51,814 bases of DNA, taken from NCBI GenBank assembly GCA_964522305.1, contig CAZFVM010000001.1, positions 1-51,814 of the forward strand, written 5' to 3'. Position numbers and translations under genes: made by a program. The DNA comes from an uncultured Oscillospiraceae bacterium. Lineage in GTDB: Bacteria; Bacillota; Clostridia; Oscillospirales; CAG-382. The notes under the pieces were generated by a model. It saw only the letters and a list, made by a program, of their open reading frames with translations. It did no database searches and was not told the origin of the DNA. Below are positions 1 through 9,736 of the stretch, piece by piece (positions within the stretch are counted from its first letter, which is position 1; each line of letters opens with the position of its first letter).

Positions 1-455
1 GCCAAACCTATATTTAAAGTGGTGTTTATTTGTAACATTATGATTATTGCCATACAGAAAAAGGCAAAGGATGCCAATTTACCGAAGGATAGGGAAGGGG
101 CGACAATGTTTTTGCGTCGAATTATTACCAAAGAGCCGACTATCATTGCTGTTTCTTTCAAGAAAAACAAGGCGGTAAGGATAACGAAAAATATGTTTGA
201 GTCGTTTTCGATAGTCAGACATATCAAAACAACTCCTTGGGTTATCTTGTCCGCCACCGGATCCAGTATCTTGCCCAGAGGTGTTATCCAGTTGTACTTG
301 CGTGCCAGATATCCGTCCAACACATCGGTGGCACCGATAAACGCAAATACCCCGATGGCGTAAGCCCTACACTCCGGCAAAAAGAAGAGATGCACGAACA
401 AGGGTATCAATACAATACGCAGGGTGGATAACATATTTGGGATTTGTTTTTTCAT
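1..455 (-). CDS. pgsA: CDP-alcohol phosphatidyltransferase (phosphatidylglycerophosphate synthase-like); 3' end cut by the window edge
   Basis: Absent from the ORF track because it runs off the window. My translation of the minus strand from ATG at 455 gives MKKQIPNMLSTLRIVLIPLFV...GATDVLDGYLARKYNWITPLGKILDPVADK... This carries the D-x2-DG-x2-AR...G-x3-D-x3-D CDP-alcohol phosphatidyltransferase motif plus hydrophobic helices. No stop codon down to position 1. Confidence 0.8.
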   Translation of the reverse strand, partial: MKKQIPNMLSTLRIVLIPLFVHLFFLPECRAYAIGVFAFIGATDVLDGYLARKYNWITPLGKILDPVADKITQGVVLICLTIENDSNIFFVILTALFFLKETAMIVGSLVIIRRKNIVAPSLSFGKLASFAFFCMAIIIMLQINTTLNIGL

Positions 456-577
456 GATAACTTTTAGTGAGACTTATAAAAATCTCGTCCTTTCCGATCT
501 TGTGGTTGGAACAGCTATCTGTTACAGATAAAAGTTCCGGTTATTTAAAGGAAAATAGTTTTTGAAAAACGGTTATA

Positions 578-1297
578 TCAACTCAAAAAGCTAAACAGAT
601 TAAAGTTGTAGAAGACTTTAAAAAGTAGGGTTGCATCGGGATTGAGGTTCTTTAAAAATTCCACCCCGACGGATTGTCCAAAGGGAAGGATAAGCTTTAC
701 CAACAGGGCAAATAGGTATACCCTGACCCCTGCCAGCAAAATTCCCAACAAAAATCCAAAAAGCTTGTTTGCGGTTTTGAGTACCGGAAGATTGAAGACC
801 TTATCGAGGATAAAAGTCGTAAGCTTTAATATTATCAAAGAGCCAAAGAAAAGCGCTACCACCGCCACCACTGTTATGGTGCCGTTGACAATGGGGGTTG
901 AGACGTAATCCACAAACCGTTGCTTGAGATTGCCGCCGGTCTCTGCCTTCCATTCTTCGAACTTATCTGCCAAGGTGTTGTGGTCGATACCGACTTTGTC
1001 TAATATCATAACTAAGGTGCCGGGGTTTTCTTCTTCTTTTGCCAATTCTTCTATGTCTTGGATGTTGTCGTCTGCAAGCATCCCTTCGATGGATTCTTCT
1101 ACCTTGACCTGCAGGTTATCTGCCCAGTCGGTTTCTTTGATGGCGGTTTTGACCGGAGACAGAAGCAGGGCGGTTATGATTACCGCCAGCAGGAAGGAGG
1201 AAGCGGACAAAAGGGTCTTTATAAACCCGTTTTTGACCGCAAAATATATTGTTGCCACCGCAATAACTACGACGATAATATCAAGCAGGGCGTTCAT
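578..1297 (-). CDS. CvpA-family membrane protein
   Basis: 239-aa ORF. The N-terminus MNALLDIIVVVIAVATIYFAVKNGFIKTLLS and several TM helices resemble the colicin V production (CvpA) family. Confidence 0.6.
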   Translation of the reverse strand: MNALLDIIVVVIAVATIYFAVKNGFIKTLLSASSFLLAVIITALLLSPVKTAIKETDWADNLQVKVEESIEGMLADDNIQDIEELAKEEENPGTLVMILDKVGIDHNTLADKFEEWKAETGGNLKQRFVDYVSTPIVNGTITVVAVVALFFGSLIILKLTTFILDKVFNLPVLKTANKLFGFLLGILLAGVRVYLFALLVKLILPFGQSVGVEFLKNLNPDATLLFKVFYNFNLFSFLS

Positions 1298-1320
1298 AAA
1301 AACAACTCCTTTGATGTAAA

Positions 1321-2571
1321 TTAGTCAGAGGTATCAGCTTTTTGCCTGAGGTCGGAAACAATGTCTCCGGGGAAGTTAACCCGACTCGGCGAGAGCAACA
1401 CTAAGTTGTCTCCGTCTATTAAAAACCCGGTGGTGTCGTTATCAACCTCAAGGACCTTTATATTGTCCTTGTCCCGGGTGTCGGTAACGGTGATAAGACC
1501 GTGGGACAGGGTGTACAAAAACGAATCGGATACATACATGTCCAGCACTGCCCCATCGAACAAAAACACTTCATCCAAGGTCTCGTCTTTGTTGTAAAGA
1601 TACAGCTCGGTACGGGATAAAAGACCCTGGGGAGTGTAGGTTATTATAACATAATCCGAGGTGAATTCATAGCTTAAAAGAGACTTTTCTCTAAACATTA
1701 TTTGCCTTATAACCTGATTGTCAGGGGAGAAAAACCGTAGGGATTTGTCTGTGAACAAGGCATAATACCCGTCGGACATATAGGCTACTTTATAAGGGTG
1801 TTCATCCTTATATACCGCTTCAAAGACTGCTTTTTCCTGCTCTACAGAGTACTTCAAAATTCGGGTCGCTATAGAGCCTGCCTCTGAGTTGTGGAGCAAA
1901 GTCAAGGCTTCTTTGCCGTCTTTTGACAAAGCCACGCTATCGATATATCTGTCCCCGAAGTTGTAGCTGTATATAACCCTGAAGAACTCGTCATATATAT
2001 AAAAAGCGCTTTTGTACCCTTTGGAAGCCGAAGCTACTATGAGCCCTCCGCTCTCCGAGGTTGCTATATCAAAGACAGGATAATCAAAGGTCTCGGTGTA
2101 CACTGTGGAATAGGGGTTGAACACCTTGAGGTTATGCCCGCCGATATCACAGACAATAATGTTTTTGGGGTTGGATATCATCTTGGGGCTGTCGAACTTA
2201 AATGAGGATTGAAGTATCTTGCTGCCGTTGGTGTCATAGACGGTGAGTCCGTCGATATTGAGCACCCCTACATCTCCTCTTAGCAGTCGATATTGGTTTG
2301 TTTGGTCGCTGTCTATAAAAATCTCGGTCTTTGGACCGGTCTCGGATTCGGAAAAGTTGATGAACTTCAGCATATATCTGAAGTTGTCCACACTTAGTTG
2401 GTCCTTGTGGTTTGAAACAGAATACAAGACAAAGCCCATTAGCAGAGCGACTAACATGAACTTAACCAAGCTGACCCTTCTCGCCAAACGGAGGTAATAC
2501 TCCCGGGCTGTGGGACGAACCTTTTTTTTGCTGCGACTTTTTTTTGTGGTAAAAACCGAAAAAGCACCCAA
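1321..2571 (-). CDS. Membrane-anchored hypothetical protein (DUF5711-like, repeat/propeller-like ectodomain)
   Basis: 416-aa ORF with a TTG start preceded by GGAGG. It has a basic N-terminal tail, one TM helix (LVKFMLVALLMGFVLYSV) and a long extracytoplasmic region. The family name is from memory only. Confidence 0.55.
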   Translation of the reverse strand: MGAFSVFTTKKSRSKKKVRPTAREYYLRLARRVSLVKFMLVALLMGFVLYSVSNHKDQLSVDNFRYMLKFINFSESETGPKTEIFIDSDQTNQYRLLRGDVGVLNIDGLTVYDTNGSKILQSSFKFDSPKMISNPKNIIVCDIGGHNLKVFNPYSTVYTETFDYPVFDIATSESGGLIVASASKGYKSAFYIYDEFFRVIYSYNFGDRYIDSVALSKDGKEALTLLHNSEAGSIATRILKYSVEQEKAVFEAVYKDEHPYKVAYMSDGYYALFTDKSLRFFSPDNQVIRQIMFREKSLLSYEFTSDYVIITYTPQGLLSRTELYLYNKDETLDEVFLFDGAVLDMYVSDSFLYTLSHGLITVTDTRDKDNIKVLEVDNDTTGFLIDGDNLVLLSPSRVNFPGDIVSDLRQKADTSD

Positions 2572-2692
2572 GGGTGAAACCTCCTTTGTTGTTGTAGTGT
2601 AGGAATTGTATGGGATAGTTAGAAGAGGGGGTAGGGTGGATATTTTATCTTCTTTGTCTACATAGTGTCGGTGACCGAGTCATGGGGTAAAG

Positions 2693-3448
2693 CTATAACA
2701 CAAGTATATCCGTATTATCATAAAATACTCGATTGAGGTACAGCCCATGGGCTGGCAAGGTTCTCCCGGCTAAACTTCGATCTTTGGAAGCTATTATATC
2801 TGATATATGATGGGATATGGACCCTTCGAGGGTCTGGATAACCGTACCTGCCATTATTCGCACCATGTTGTACAAAAACCCGTCGCCGGCTATCCGAAAC
2901 CTGATAAAATCTCCGTCTCGTTCTACAAAAAAGTAGTGTATATGTCGGACAGTGTCAATAATCTTGCTACCCGCTGCCATAAAGGCGCGAAAGTCCTTTT
3001 TGCCTACAAAACCTTGGGCAATCTCCAAGGCTTTTTCATAGTCGATGTGTCGGGGATAAAATAAAGCCGTGTCGGCATAAAAGGGGTTTTTGATTTTGGA
3101 GTTATGAAAGAGATATATGTATTCTTTAGCTACAGCGTCATATCGAGGATGGAACCCCTCCGGGGCAACCTCGGCTTTTATCACCGAAATATCCGGAGGG
3201 AGATAGGAGTTTAGAGCTAAGGGAATCTTTTTGATAGGTATGTCCGGACCCCCTTTTATCAGGCAGACAAACTCATTGGCATGGACCCCCGAGTCGGTCC
3301 TGGAACAACCGATAACCGGCAATCTGTTTTTGAAAGTCTTTTCCAATCCGTTTTGTAAAACGGTTTGGATACCGCAGGGCTCTTTTTGGACCTGCCAGCC
3401 ACAATAAGCTGTACCCTTAAAGCTTAGGGTCAATATATAGTCTGCCAT
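2693..3448 (-). CDS. truA: tRNA pseudouridine(38-40) synthase
   Basis: 251 aa with the GCSRTDSGVHA catalytic motif and FRIAGDGFLYNMVR. The start overlaps the ecfT stop (TAATG). Confidence 0.9.
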   Translation of the reverse strand: MADYILTLSFKGTAYCGWQVQKEPCGIQTVLQNGLEKTFKNRLPVIGCSRTDSGVHANEFVCLIKGGPDIPIKKIPLALNSYLPPDISVIKAEVAPEGFHPRYDAVAKEYIYLFHNSKIKNPFYADTALFYPRHIDYEKALEIAQGFVGKKDFRAFMAAGSKIIDTVRHIHYFFVERDGDFIRFRIAGDGFLYNMVRIMAGTVIQTLEGSISHHISDIIASKDRSLAGRTLPAHGLYLNRVFYDNTDILVL

Positions 3449-4260
3449 TATATCACGCTCACACCGTTAACAAAATATATCCCCACGCTAAGCCCGACAA
3501 TTACCGCCAAAAAAACATAATCCGCTGGTCGGGATTTCATTTGTTTCATCTTTGTTCGCCCTTCTCCGCCGCGATAACACCGGCTTTCCATGGCTTCTGC
3601 CAGCTCGTCTGCTCGTCGAAAGGCGGATACAAACAAGGGAATTAGGATAGGAATCAAGGCTTTGGCTCTTTTTATTATTCCTCCGCTTTCAAAATCGGCT
3701 CCCCGTGCTTTTTGGGCAGAGATTATTTTGTCGGTCTCATCTATCAAGGTAGGGATAAATCTAAGGGCAATAGTCATCATCATGGCGAATTCATGGACCG
3801 GAACTTTGAGCTTTTTTAGGGGGGCGAAAAGCCGCTCTATGGCGTCGGTCAAGTCTAAGGGGGAGGTGGTGTAGGTAAGTATCACACTGGTCCCCGCGAT
3901 TAAAGAAATCAATCGCACCATCATCAGTGCGGCGTTGATGAGCCCTTCTTTATAGATTGAGATAAATCTCCATTCAAACAACACCGTTTCGCCTTTGACA
4001 AAGAATATATTGATTATGGCGGTAAAAGCGAGTATGAAAATCAAAGGCTTTAGAGACTTTATTATTATCTTAAATTTTATGCCGGAGATTATAACCAGCG
4101 CGACGGTAATCAATGCCACCACCCCGATAGAGATTAACTTATCGGCGGACAGCACCATAACTAAGTAAGCTACCAACATTATTAGTTTTATTCTCGGGTC
4201 TGTCCTGTGAAGCAAGGACGTCCCCGGGAAAAACTGGCCTAACGTTATATCTTTTAACAT
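3448..4260 (-). CDS. ecfT: Energy-coupling factor transporter transmembrane (T) component
   Basis: 270-aa polytopic membrane protein with the ARGADFE... motif region, directly downstream of two ECF ATPase genes. Confidence 0.9.
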   Translation of the reverse strand: MLKDITLGQFFPGTSLLHRTDPRIKLIMLVAYLVMVLSADKLISIGVVALITVALVIISGIKFKIIIKSLKPLIFILAFTAIINIFFVKGETVLFEWRFISIYKEGLINAALMMVRLISLIAGTSVILTYTTSPLDLTDAIERLFAPLKKLKVPVHEFAMMMTIALRFIPTLIDETDKIISAQKARGADFESGGIIKRAKALIPILIPLFVSAFRRADELAEAMESRCYRGGEGRTKMKQMKSRPADYVFLAVIVGLSVGIYFVNGVSVI

Positions 4261-4305
4261 AATTGTATCCTGTAATGTCCCGAGCGTAAAACCCGTACTA
4301 CAAAT

Positions 4306-5187
4306 TTAGCTTTGGGACAGTATTTTTTCGATCTCCCGCTTTGCATACTTTACGGTATAGACATCGGTGTCCTCGGTCATCCCCCGCTTTTTCAGCTCGA
4401 TAAAAAGCTTGGTTATCTGAGGCACATCCAAAGAAGCCCCAAACAAGAGCTCCGCTTGTTTGAAAATCTCGTTTACCGTACCATACAAGTATACTTTGCC
4501 CTCGGTGAGGACCAATATTTTGTCGCAATATCTCGCAATGTCCTCCATGCTGTGGGAAACTAAGACCAACGTGTTGTTCTTGACCTTTTGGTAATCCATA
4601 AGTCCCCCCAGTATGCTTTCTCTGCCTACCGGGTCAAGCCCCGCCGCCGGCTCGTCTAATATGAGCACCTCCGGGTCCATGGCAACCACTCCGGCTATTG
4701 CCGCCCGCCGCTTTTGCCCTCCGGAGAGCTCAAAGGGGGATTTTTGTAACATTTTTTCGCTGATACCACAGAACTTGGCAGCGGTTATCACTCTGTGTTC
4801 TATATCTTCTTCTTTTACACCTATGTTCTTCGGACCGAAGGCGATGTCTTTGTATACAGTTTCTTCGAACAGCTGATACTCGGGGTATTGAAAGGCAACC
4901 CCGACCTTTCGGCGGATATCCTTAATCTTCTTTGGCTCTTCCCAGATATCCTTGCCTTGGACATATATTTTGCCCGAGGTAGGCTTGAGCAAGCCGTTGG
5001 AGAGCATCGCCAGGGTGCTCTTTCCGCTCCCTGTATGGCCTATAATCCCCAGTGTTTCCCCTTCGAGGATGTCTATGGAAATATCCTCCAAAGCAACTTT
5101 GCGAAAGGGGGTGCCCTCACCGTAAACCACGGTTACCCCGTCAAAGCGAAGGGCGCTCTTTTTGTTGTCGAGGGTGTTGTCACTCAT
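4306..5187 (-). CDS. ecfA2: ECF transporter ATPase subunit A2
   Basis: ABC ATPase with Walker A GHTGSGKST, signature LSGGQKRR and Walker B LILDEP. I chose the internal ATG at 5187 (MSDNTLDNKK...). It overlaps the ecfA1 stop by 8 nt, rather than the longer ORF to 5271. Confidence 0.9.
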   Translation of the reverse strand: MSDNTLDNKKSALRFDGVTVVYGEGTPFRKVALEDISIDILEGETLGIIGHTGSGKSTLAMLSNGLLKPTSGKIYVQGKDIWEEPKKIKDIRRKVGVAFQYPEYQLFEETVYKDIAFGPKNIGVKEEDIEHRVITAAKFCGISEKMLQKSPFELSGGQKRRAAIAGVVAMDPEVLILDEPAAGLDPVGRESILGGLMDYQKVKNNTLVLVSHSMEDIARYCDKILVLTEGKVYLYGTVNEIFKQAELLFGASLDVPQITKLFIELKKRGMTEDTDVYTVKYAKREIEKILSQS

Positions 5188-6046
5188 TTGTTTTTTGCAC
5201 CCCCCTCTCTTTGCATTTTTGATAAAGGTCTTCCAAGGTGCCTGCCGCCTCCATGGTGTGTAAAACACCATTGGGCAGTTCGAACCCTTCTTTTTGGAGT
5301 AGATATATCAACTCTGTGACCTGGGGGACGGACAACTTTACTTGCTGGAGCTCTTCTACCTTGGAAAAAATCTCTCGAGGGGTGCCGTCCAGATAAACCT
5401 CACCGTCGTTTAGTACTATTACTCGGTCCGCCTCCACCGCTTCGCTCATGTAGTGGGTTATGGCTATTACGGTGATGTTCTTTTCGTGATTTAGTTGTTT
5501 CATGGCGGCGGCAATATCTTTTCTCCCCGTGGGGTCCAGCATGGCTGTGGCTTCGTCAAAGATAATGCACTCCGGCTCCATTGCCAAAATCCCGGCGATT
5601 GCCACCCGTTGTTTTTGTCCCCCCGAGAGTTTGTAAGTGGAGTGCAAAGCATAGGACTCCATCCCCACGGTCTTTAAGGAGGTGTCTACTATTTTGCGTA
5701 TTTCTTCCGGTGCCATCCCTAAGTTTTCGGGAGCGAAGGCAACATCTTCCTCCACCACGCTGGCAACAATCTGGTTATCCGGGTTTTGGAACACCATACC
5801 GCAGGATTCCCGAATCTTATACATGTCTTCCTTGCTGTCGGTGTAATAACCGCCCACGCTTACCCTACCGGAGGTGGGGAGCAATATCCCGCAAAGTAAC
5901 TTTGCCAAGGTGCTCTTTCCGCTTCCGTTGTGGCCTATGATAACGGTGTAACTGCCTTTTTCTATTTCGAGGGTGATATTGCGCAAAACCTCGGGCTCGG
6001 ACTCTCTGTATTTAAAGGATAGATTTTCGGTCTTTATGAAAGTCAT
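5180..6046 (-). CDS. ecfA1: ECF transporter ATPase subunit A1
   Basis: 288 aa with Walker A GHNGSGKST, signature LSGGQKQR and Walker B IIFDEA. Confidence 0.9.
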   Translation of the reverse strand: MTFIKTENLSFKYRESEPEVLRNITLEIEKGSYTVIIGHNGSGKSTLAKLLCGILLPTSGRVSVGGYYTDSKEDMYKIRESCGMVFQNPDNQIVASVVEEDVAFAPENLGMAPEEIRKIVDTSLKTVGMESYALHSTYKLSGGQKQRVAIAGILAMEPECIIFDEATAMLDPTGRKDIAAAMKQLNHEKNITVIAITHYMSEAVEADRVIVLNDGEVYLDGTPREIFSKVEELQQVKLSVPQVTELIYLLQKEGFELPNGVLHTMEAAGTLEDLYQKCKERGVQKTNE

Positions 6047-6203
6047 TTTCGGTCCTTTTTTGTGTATGTATTAATTGTTCTGAGAGACGCCCATAATCAG
6101 GGAAACTGCCTCTTTATAGTATAGGGGGATCGGGTCGGATATAGCCCTTCCCAATCCTCCGTGTTGTAGCCGCGATCGGCACATGTTTGATTTTGATTGA
6201 TAA

Positions 6204-7277
6204 TTACAGGTCCAACTTTTGCTGGTGGCTATTTGCCTCCGGCGGTTCTATCCCCAAATGACGATAGGCGCCGATGGTGGCAAGCCTGCCACGGGGGGTT
6301 CTGTTCAAAAACCCCAGTTGCAGCAGATAGGGCTCGTATACATCTTCTAATGTAATGGATTCTTCCCCGATAACCGCAGACAAGGTTTCCAGTCCTACCG
6401 GTCCCCCGGCAAAGGAGTTGATTATGGCGGACAGCATTCGGCGGTCAATCATATCCAGCCCCAACTCGTCCACATCCATTGCCTTTAGAGCTAAGTCGGA
6501 TATAGCTTTGTCAATAGTTCCATCCCCTTTTACCGCGGCGAAATCCCGAACCCGCTTTAAAAATCTGTTGGCTATTCTTGGGGTGCCGCGAGAGCGCTTG
6601 GCGATCTCCATCGCTCCTTCGGATACAATGGGGGTGTCCAAAATCCCCGCGCTCCTGGTCACTATGCGGGCTAACTCTTCCGGAGTATAAAGCTCCAGTC
6701 TAAACATCATTCCGAATCTATCTCTCAAAGGGGAGGTGAGTTGTCCCGCCCGGGTGGTGGCTCCGATCAAGGTAAAGGGCTTTAGCGGAATCCGAATAGA
6801 ACGGGCAGAAGGTCCTTTACCCATCATCAAGTCTAAGGCATAGTCCTCCATTGCCGGATACAAAACCTCTTCTACAGCCCTGGGCAGTCGATGTATCTCA
6901 TCTATAAACAATATGTCGTTGCGGTCTAAGGTGGTCAGCAAAGCAGCCAAGTCCCCGGCTTTTTCTATGGCGGGTCCGCTGGTTATCTTGAAGTTCACTC
7001 CGAGCTCTGAAGCTATAATATAGGATAAAGTGGTCTTGCCCAGCCCGGGAGGCCCGTGCAAAAGCACATGGTCAAGGCAATCCTCTCGAAGCTTGGCAGC
7101 TTGTATAAAAACATTAAGGTTGTCCTTTATCTTTTCTTGTCCCACATATTCTACCAGGGTCTTTGGTCGCAAAGACAGCTCGCTGTCGGCGTCTTCGGAC
7201 AGGAATTCTCCCCCGGTTATACGGGATTCAAAATCCAATTCATATTCAAAATCCGAACCTTTTGCATTTATGGGCAT
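6204..7277 (-). CDS. ruvB: Holliday junction branch migration helicase RuvB
   Basis: 357 aa with the AAA+ motif [21 protein letters not shown] and a C-terminal winged helix. Confidence 0.95.
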   Translation of the reverse strand: MPINAKGSDFEYELDFESRITGGEFLSEDADSELSLRPKTLVEYVGQEKIKDNLNVFIQAAKLREDCLDHVLLHGPPGLGKTTLSYIIASELGVNFKITSGPAIEKAGDLAALLTTLDRNDILFIDEIHRLPRAVEEVLYPAMEDYALDLMMGKGPSARSIRIPLKPFTLIGATTRAGQLTSPLRDRFGMMFRLELYTPEELARIVTRSAGILDTPIVSEGAMEIAKRSRGTPRIANRFLKRVRDFAAVKGDGTIDKAISDLALKAMDVDELGLDMIDRRMLSAIINSFAGGPVGLETLSAVIGEESITLEDVYEPYLLQLGFLNRTPRGRLATIGAYRHLGIEPPEANSHQQKLDL

Positions 7278-7323
7278 GGGAAAAATCCTTTCGGTATACC
7301 TTTCGGTGTGTTAATCGGTTAAA

Positions 7324-7917
7324 TCAACCGGACCCGAGTATCTTAAGGGTTTCGCGTATAATAACTTCCACCGGTAACTTTGTGTCCACCCGGCTCATGG
7401 CTTGTATAATCTGTGTCCTGGAAAAACCATATACCGTCAATGTGTCTACCACTGCGTTGAGGGAGGTGGAGGCTTCGGGGTGGTCCGGCATTATTTCTGC
7501 CGCACCCATCTCTTTGGCCAATTTATCCTTGAGCTCTATTATAATCTTCTGGGCGGTCTTTAACCCAACTCCCGGGGCACGGGTTATGGACTTGGGATCG
7601 TTGTTTATCAACGCCGAGGTAAAGGATTCGACGGTCATACTGCTAAGCACCGACATGGCAACCTTGGGTCCTACTCCGGAGACGGTGATAAGATGTCGAA
7701 AGAGGCTAAGCTCTCGGTCGTCGGCAAATCCATACAGAGTAAGAGCGTCGTCTTTTACATTAAGGTGGGTATGTAGTTTCGCTTCTTTGTCCAAAAAAGG
7801 AGATAGGGCGCTATGAGTAGTCAGGGAGATAAAAAGTCTATAACCCACTCCTCCCGCTTCCAAAATGGCGTAGTCGTTTCTAAGTTGGGTAAGTCTGCCT
7901 TTGATATATCCATACAT
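7324..7917 (-). CDS. ruvA: Holliday junction DNA-binding protein RuvA
   Basis: 197 aa, MYGYIKGRL...VGYRLFIS...VSGVGPKVA (HhH motifs), immediately upstream of ruvB. Confidence 0.9.
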   Translation of the reverse strand: MYGYIKGRLTQLRNDYAILEAGGVGYRLFISLTTHSALSPFLDKEAKLHTHLNVKDDALTLYGFADDRELSLFRHLITVSGVGPKVAMSVLSSMTVESFTSALINNDPKSITRAPGVGLKTAQKIIIELKDKLAKEMGAAEIMPDHPEASTSLNAVVDTLTVYGFSRTQIIQAMSRVDTKLPVEVIIRETLKILGSG

Positions 7918-7937
7918 AATTTATTATACCTCCGGGT

Positions 7938-8426
7938 CTAATATGAAGACATGCTGCTCATACAGTGGTTGCCGTGACAGATTGCTACTGCCAAAGCATC
8001 GGCGGTATCGTCGGGCTTAGGATCGCTCTTTAGGTTGAGCAATAGTTTTGTCATATACATTATCTGATGCTTTTCCGCTCTGCCGTAGCCTACCAATGAG
8101 CTCTTTATCTGGAGAGGGGTATATTCGTAAGCATCCACATTCTGCTTTGCCGCCGCCAGCAGGATTACCCCCCGTCCCTGAGAAACATCCACGGCGGTCT
8201 TAATGTTCTTGTTGAAGAAAAGCTCTTCTACCGCCATGCAGTCGGGGTGATGTTTTTGTATAATCTCGGTAAGTTTATCGTAGATAATCATCAACCGATG
8301 TTCTAAGAGTTGACGCGGCTTTGTAATGATGGCGCCGTAATCGATAGCGGTGTACCGCCCTCTGTCTGCGCGGATAACGCCGTAACCTACCGTAGCTATG
8401 CCGGGATCGACCCCCATAATAATCAT
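7938..8426 (-). CDS. ruvC: Crossover junction endodeoxyribonuclease RuvC
   Basis: MIIMGVDPGIATVGYGV... is the typical RuvC N-terminus. I chose the internal ATG at 8426 over the ORF-track start at 8495. Confidence 0.88.
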   Translation of the reverse strand: MIIMGVDPGIATVGYGVIRADRGRYTAIDYGAIITKPRQLLEHRLMIIYDKLTEIIQKHHPDCMAVEELFFNKNIKTAVDVSQGRGVILLAAAKQNVDAYEYTPLQIKSSLVGYGRAEKHQIMYMTKLLLNLKSDPKPDDTADALAVAICHGNHCMSSMSSY

Positions 8427-8723
8427 TATAAAACCCTTGTTCCGTGTTGGTTTGACAAAACCAAAACTGTGTTTTTTTAGTTTGTTATTTAACATGGTAT
8501 TTTATCACAAAACACGGTTATAGTCAATATCGCTGGCAGGAATGAGTAAATTCAGAAAATTCTTAAAGTAAATGCAACAGTAGAGTTTAGAGTAGCGTTT
8601 CGTGTAAGAATTCACTTATGAGGAAAAACGGAGCTCTCAAGCAAATACCGGAGTATAAGCCGGTGCAAAAATTGCTTTGGGTATTAACTATCGGTGAAAA
8701 TAAGTGTAAAAACGAAAAAGGTA

Positions 8724-8752
8724 TTGAAAAAATCGACATTATACTTTATTAT
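8724..8752 (+). promoter_or_regulatory. Sigma-A-like promoter upstream of acpP
   Basis: TTGAAA (8724-8729), 17-nt spacer, TATTAT (8747-8752). AAAGGAG SD before the ATG at 8810. Confidence 0.45.
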
Positions 8753-8809
8753 ATCATATAGCTATAAAATGTAAGGTATAGATTATTTTTTTAGAAAGGA
8801 GTTTGCATT

Positions 8810-9037
8810 ATGTTTGAGAGACTTAGACAGATAGTAGCAAAACAACTGAGGATCGACACCGACAACGTTACCATGGAGACTAACATCATTGAGGACCTGG
8901 GAGCGGATTCCCTGGACCTGGTGGAGATGCTTATGTCTATAGAAGACAAGCTGGGTATTAATATCCCGGACGAGGATGTTGCCAAATTCAAGACCGTGGG
9001 GGATTTTGTTCAATACCTGGAAAATATAGCAAAGTGA
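8810..9037 (+). CDS. acpP: Acyl carrier protein
   Basis: 75 aa with the LGADSLDLVEMLM phosphopantetheine-attachment motif. Confidence 0.9.
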   Translation: MFERLRQIVAKQLRIDTDNVTMETNIIEDLGADSLDLVEMLMSIEDKLGINIPDEDVAKFKTVGDFVQYLENIAK

Positions 9038-9714
9038 GCCATAGAGTTTTGTTGTTCGACCTTGACGGCACTTTGATTGATTCGCTTGCGGACTTAACCG
9101 ACAGCGTCAATCATGTGTTGTCAAGGTTTTGTTTTGAGCAAAAATCCCGGGAACAGATAGCCTCTTATTTGGGGGACGGCTTGTATGCTTTGTTTGGTCG
9201 AGCATTGCCCTCGGATTGTCCCGCGCAGACCCGGGACTTGGCTTACCCTGTTTTTGTGGAGCATTATTCCCAAAACATGAACAACAAGACCCTTCCCTTT
9301 GAAGGGGTTGTTCCTTTGCTGACTCAGCTAAAAGAAGAGGGATATAAGATAGGGGTGGTATCCAACAAAGACCACGAGGCGGTACAATCCTTGTGCTTGG
9401 AGTTTTTTCCCGAGGTTTTTGCCGGAGAAGGTATAAAAGCGGTGTTGGGGACCCGAGGAGCTGCGACAAGAAAGCCTAATTCCTATTTGCCTAACAAGGC
9501 GATGGAAATCCTTGGAGGCAACCCCAAAGAAACGGTCCTTATCGGGGACAGTGAAGTGGATATCAAAACCGCACAAAACGCAGGGATTGACATCATCTGT
9601 GTGGGCTGGGGGTACAGAACTCCTCAATATTTAAGAGAAAAGGGAGCAAAGACTATAGTAGACAACCCAAAACAGCTGGGTATTTTGTTGACAAAAGGGC
9701 GGCTTTTGCTATAA
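9034..9714 (+). CDS. HAD-IA family hydrolase (phosphoglycolate phosphatase-like)
   Basis: GTG start overlapping the acpP stop (GTGA). LLFDLDGTLIDS motif I, VSNK motif II and GDSEVD motif IV. Confidence 0.75.
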   Translation: MSHRVLLFDLDGTLIDSLADLTDSVNHVLSRFCFEQKSREQIASYLGDGLYALFGRALPSDCPAQTRDLAYPVFVEHYSQNMNNKTLPFEGVVPLLTQLKEEGYKIGVVSNKDHEAVQSLCLEFFPEVFAGEGIKAVLGTRGAATRKPNSYLPNKAMEILGGNPKETVLIGDSEVDIKTAQNAGIDIICVGWGYRTPQYLREKGAKTIVDNPKQLGILLTKGRLLL

Positions 9715-9736
9715 TGTATATGGGGAGAGATGCTCT

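Noticed and set aside
19-431. Plus-strand ORFs 19-363 (114 aa) and 237-431 (64 aa)
   Set aside because: They are antisense shadows of a clearly recognisable minus-strand pgsA gene that runs off the window and is therefore missing from the ORF track.
500-560. Compound hairpin GGAAC-AGCT-ATCTG-TTA-CAGAT-AAAA-GTTCC downstream of the cvpA-like gene
   Set aside because: No U-tract follows it on the minus strand, so I cannot support a terminator call. It is possibly a weak structure only.
8562-8616. 8-bp inverted repeat AATTCTTA...TAAGAATT with a loop of about 39 nt in the ruvC-acpP intergenic region
   Set aside because: It is AT-rich with a long loop and low predicted stability. It is easily explained by chance in AT-rich promoter DNA.
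8618-8761. 47-codon ORF (MRKNGALKQIPEYKPVQKLL...) in the ruvC-acpP divergent intergenic region
   Set aside because: It has no Shine-Dalgarno sequence, it overlaps the predicted acpP promoter and I recognise no motif in it. It is probably spurious.
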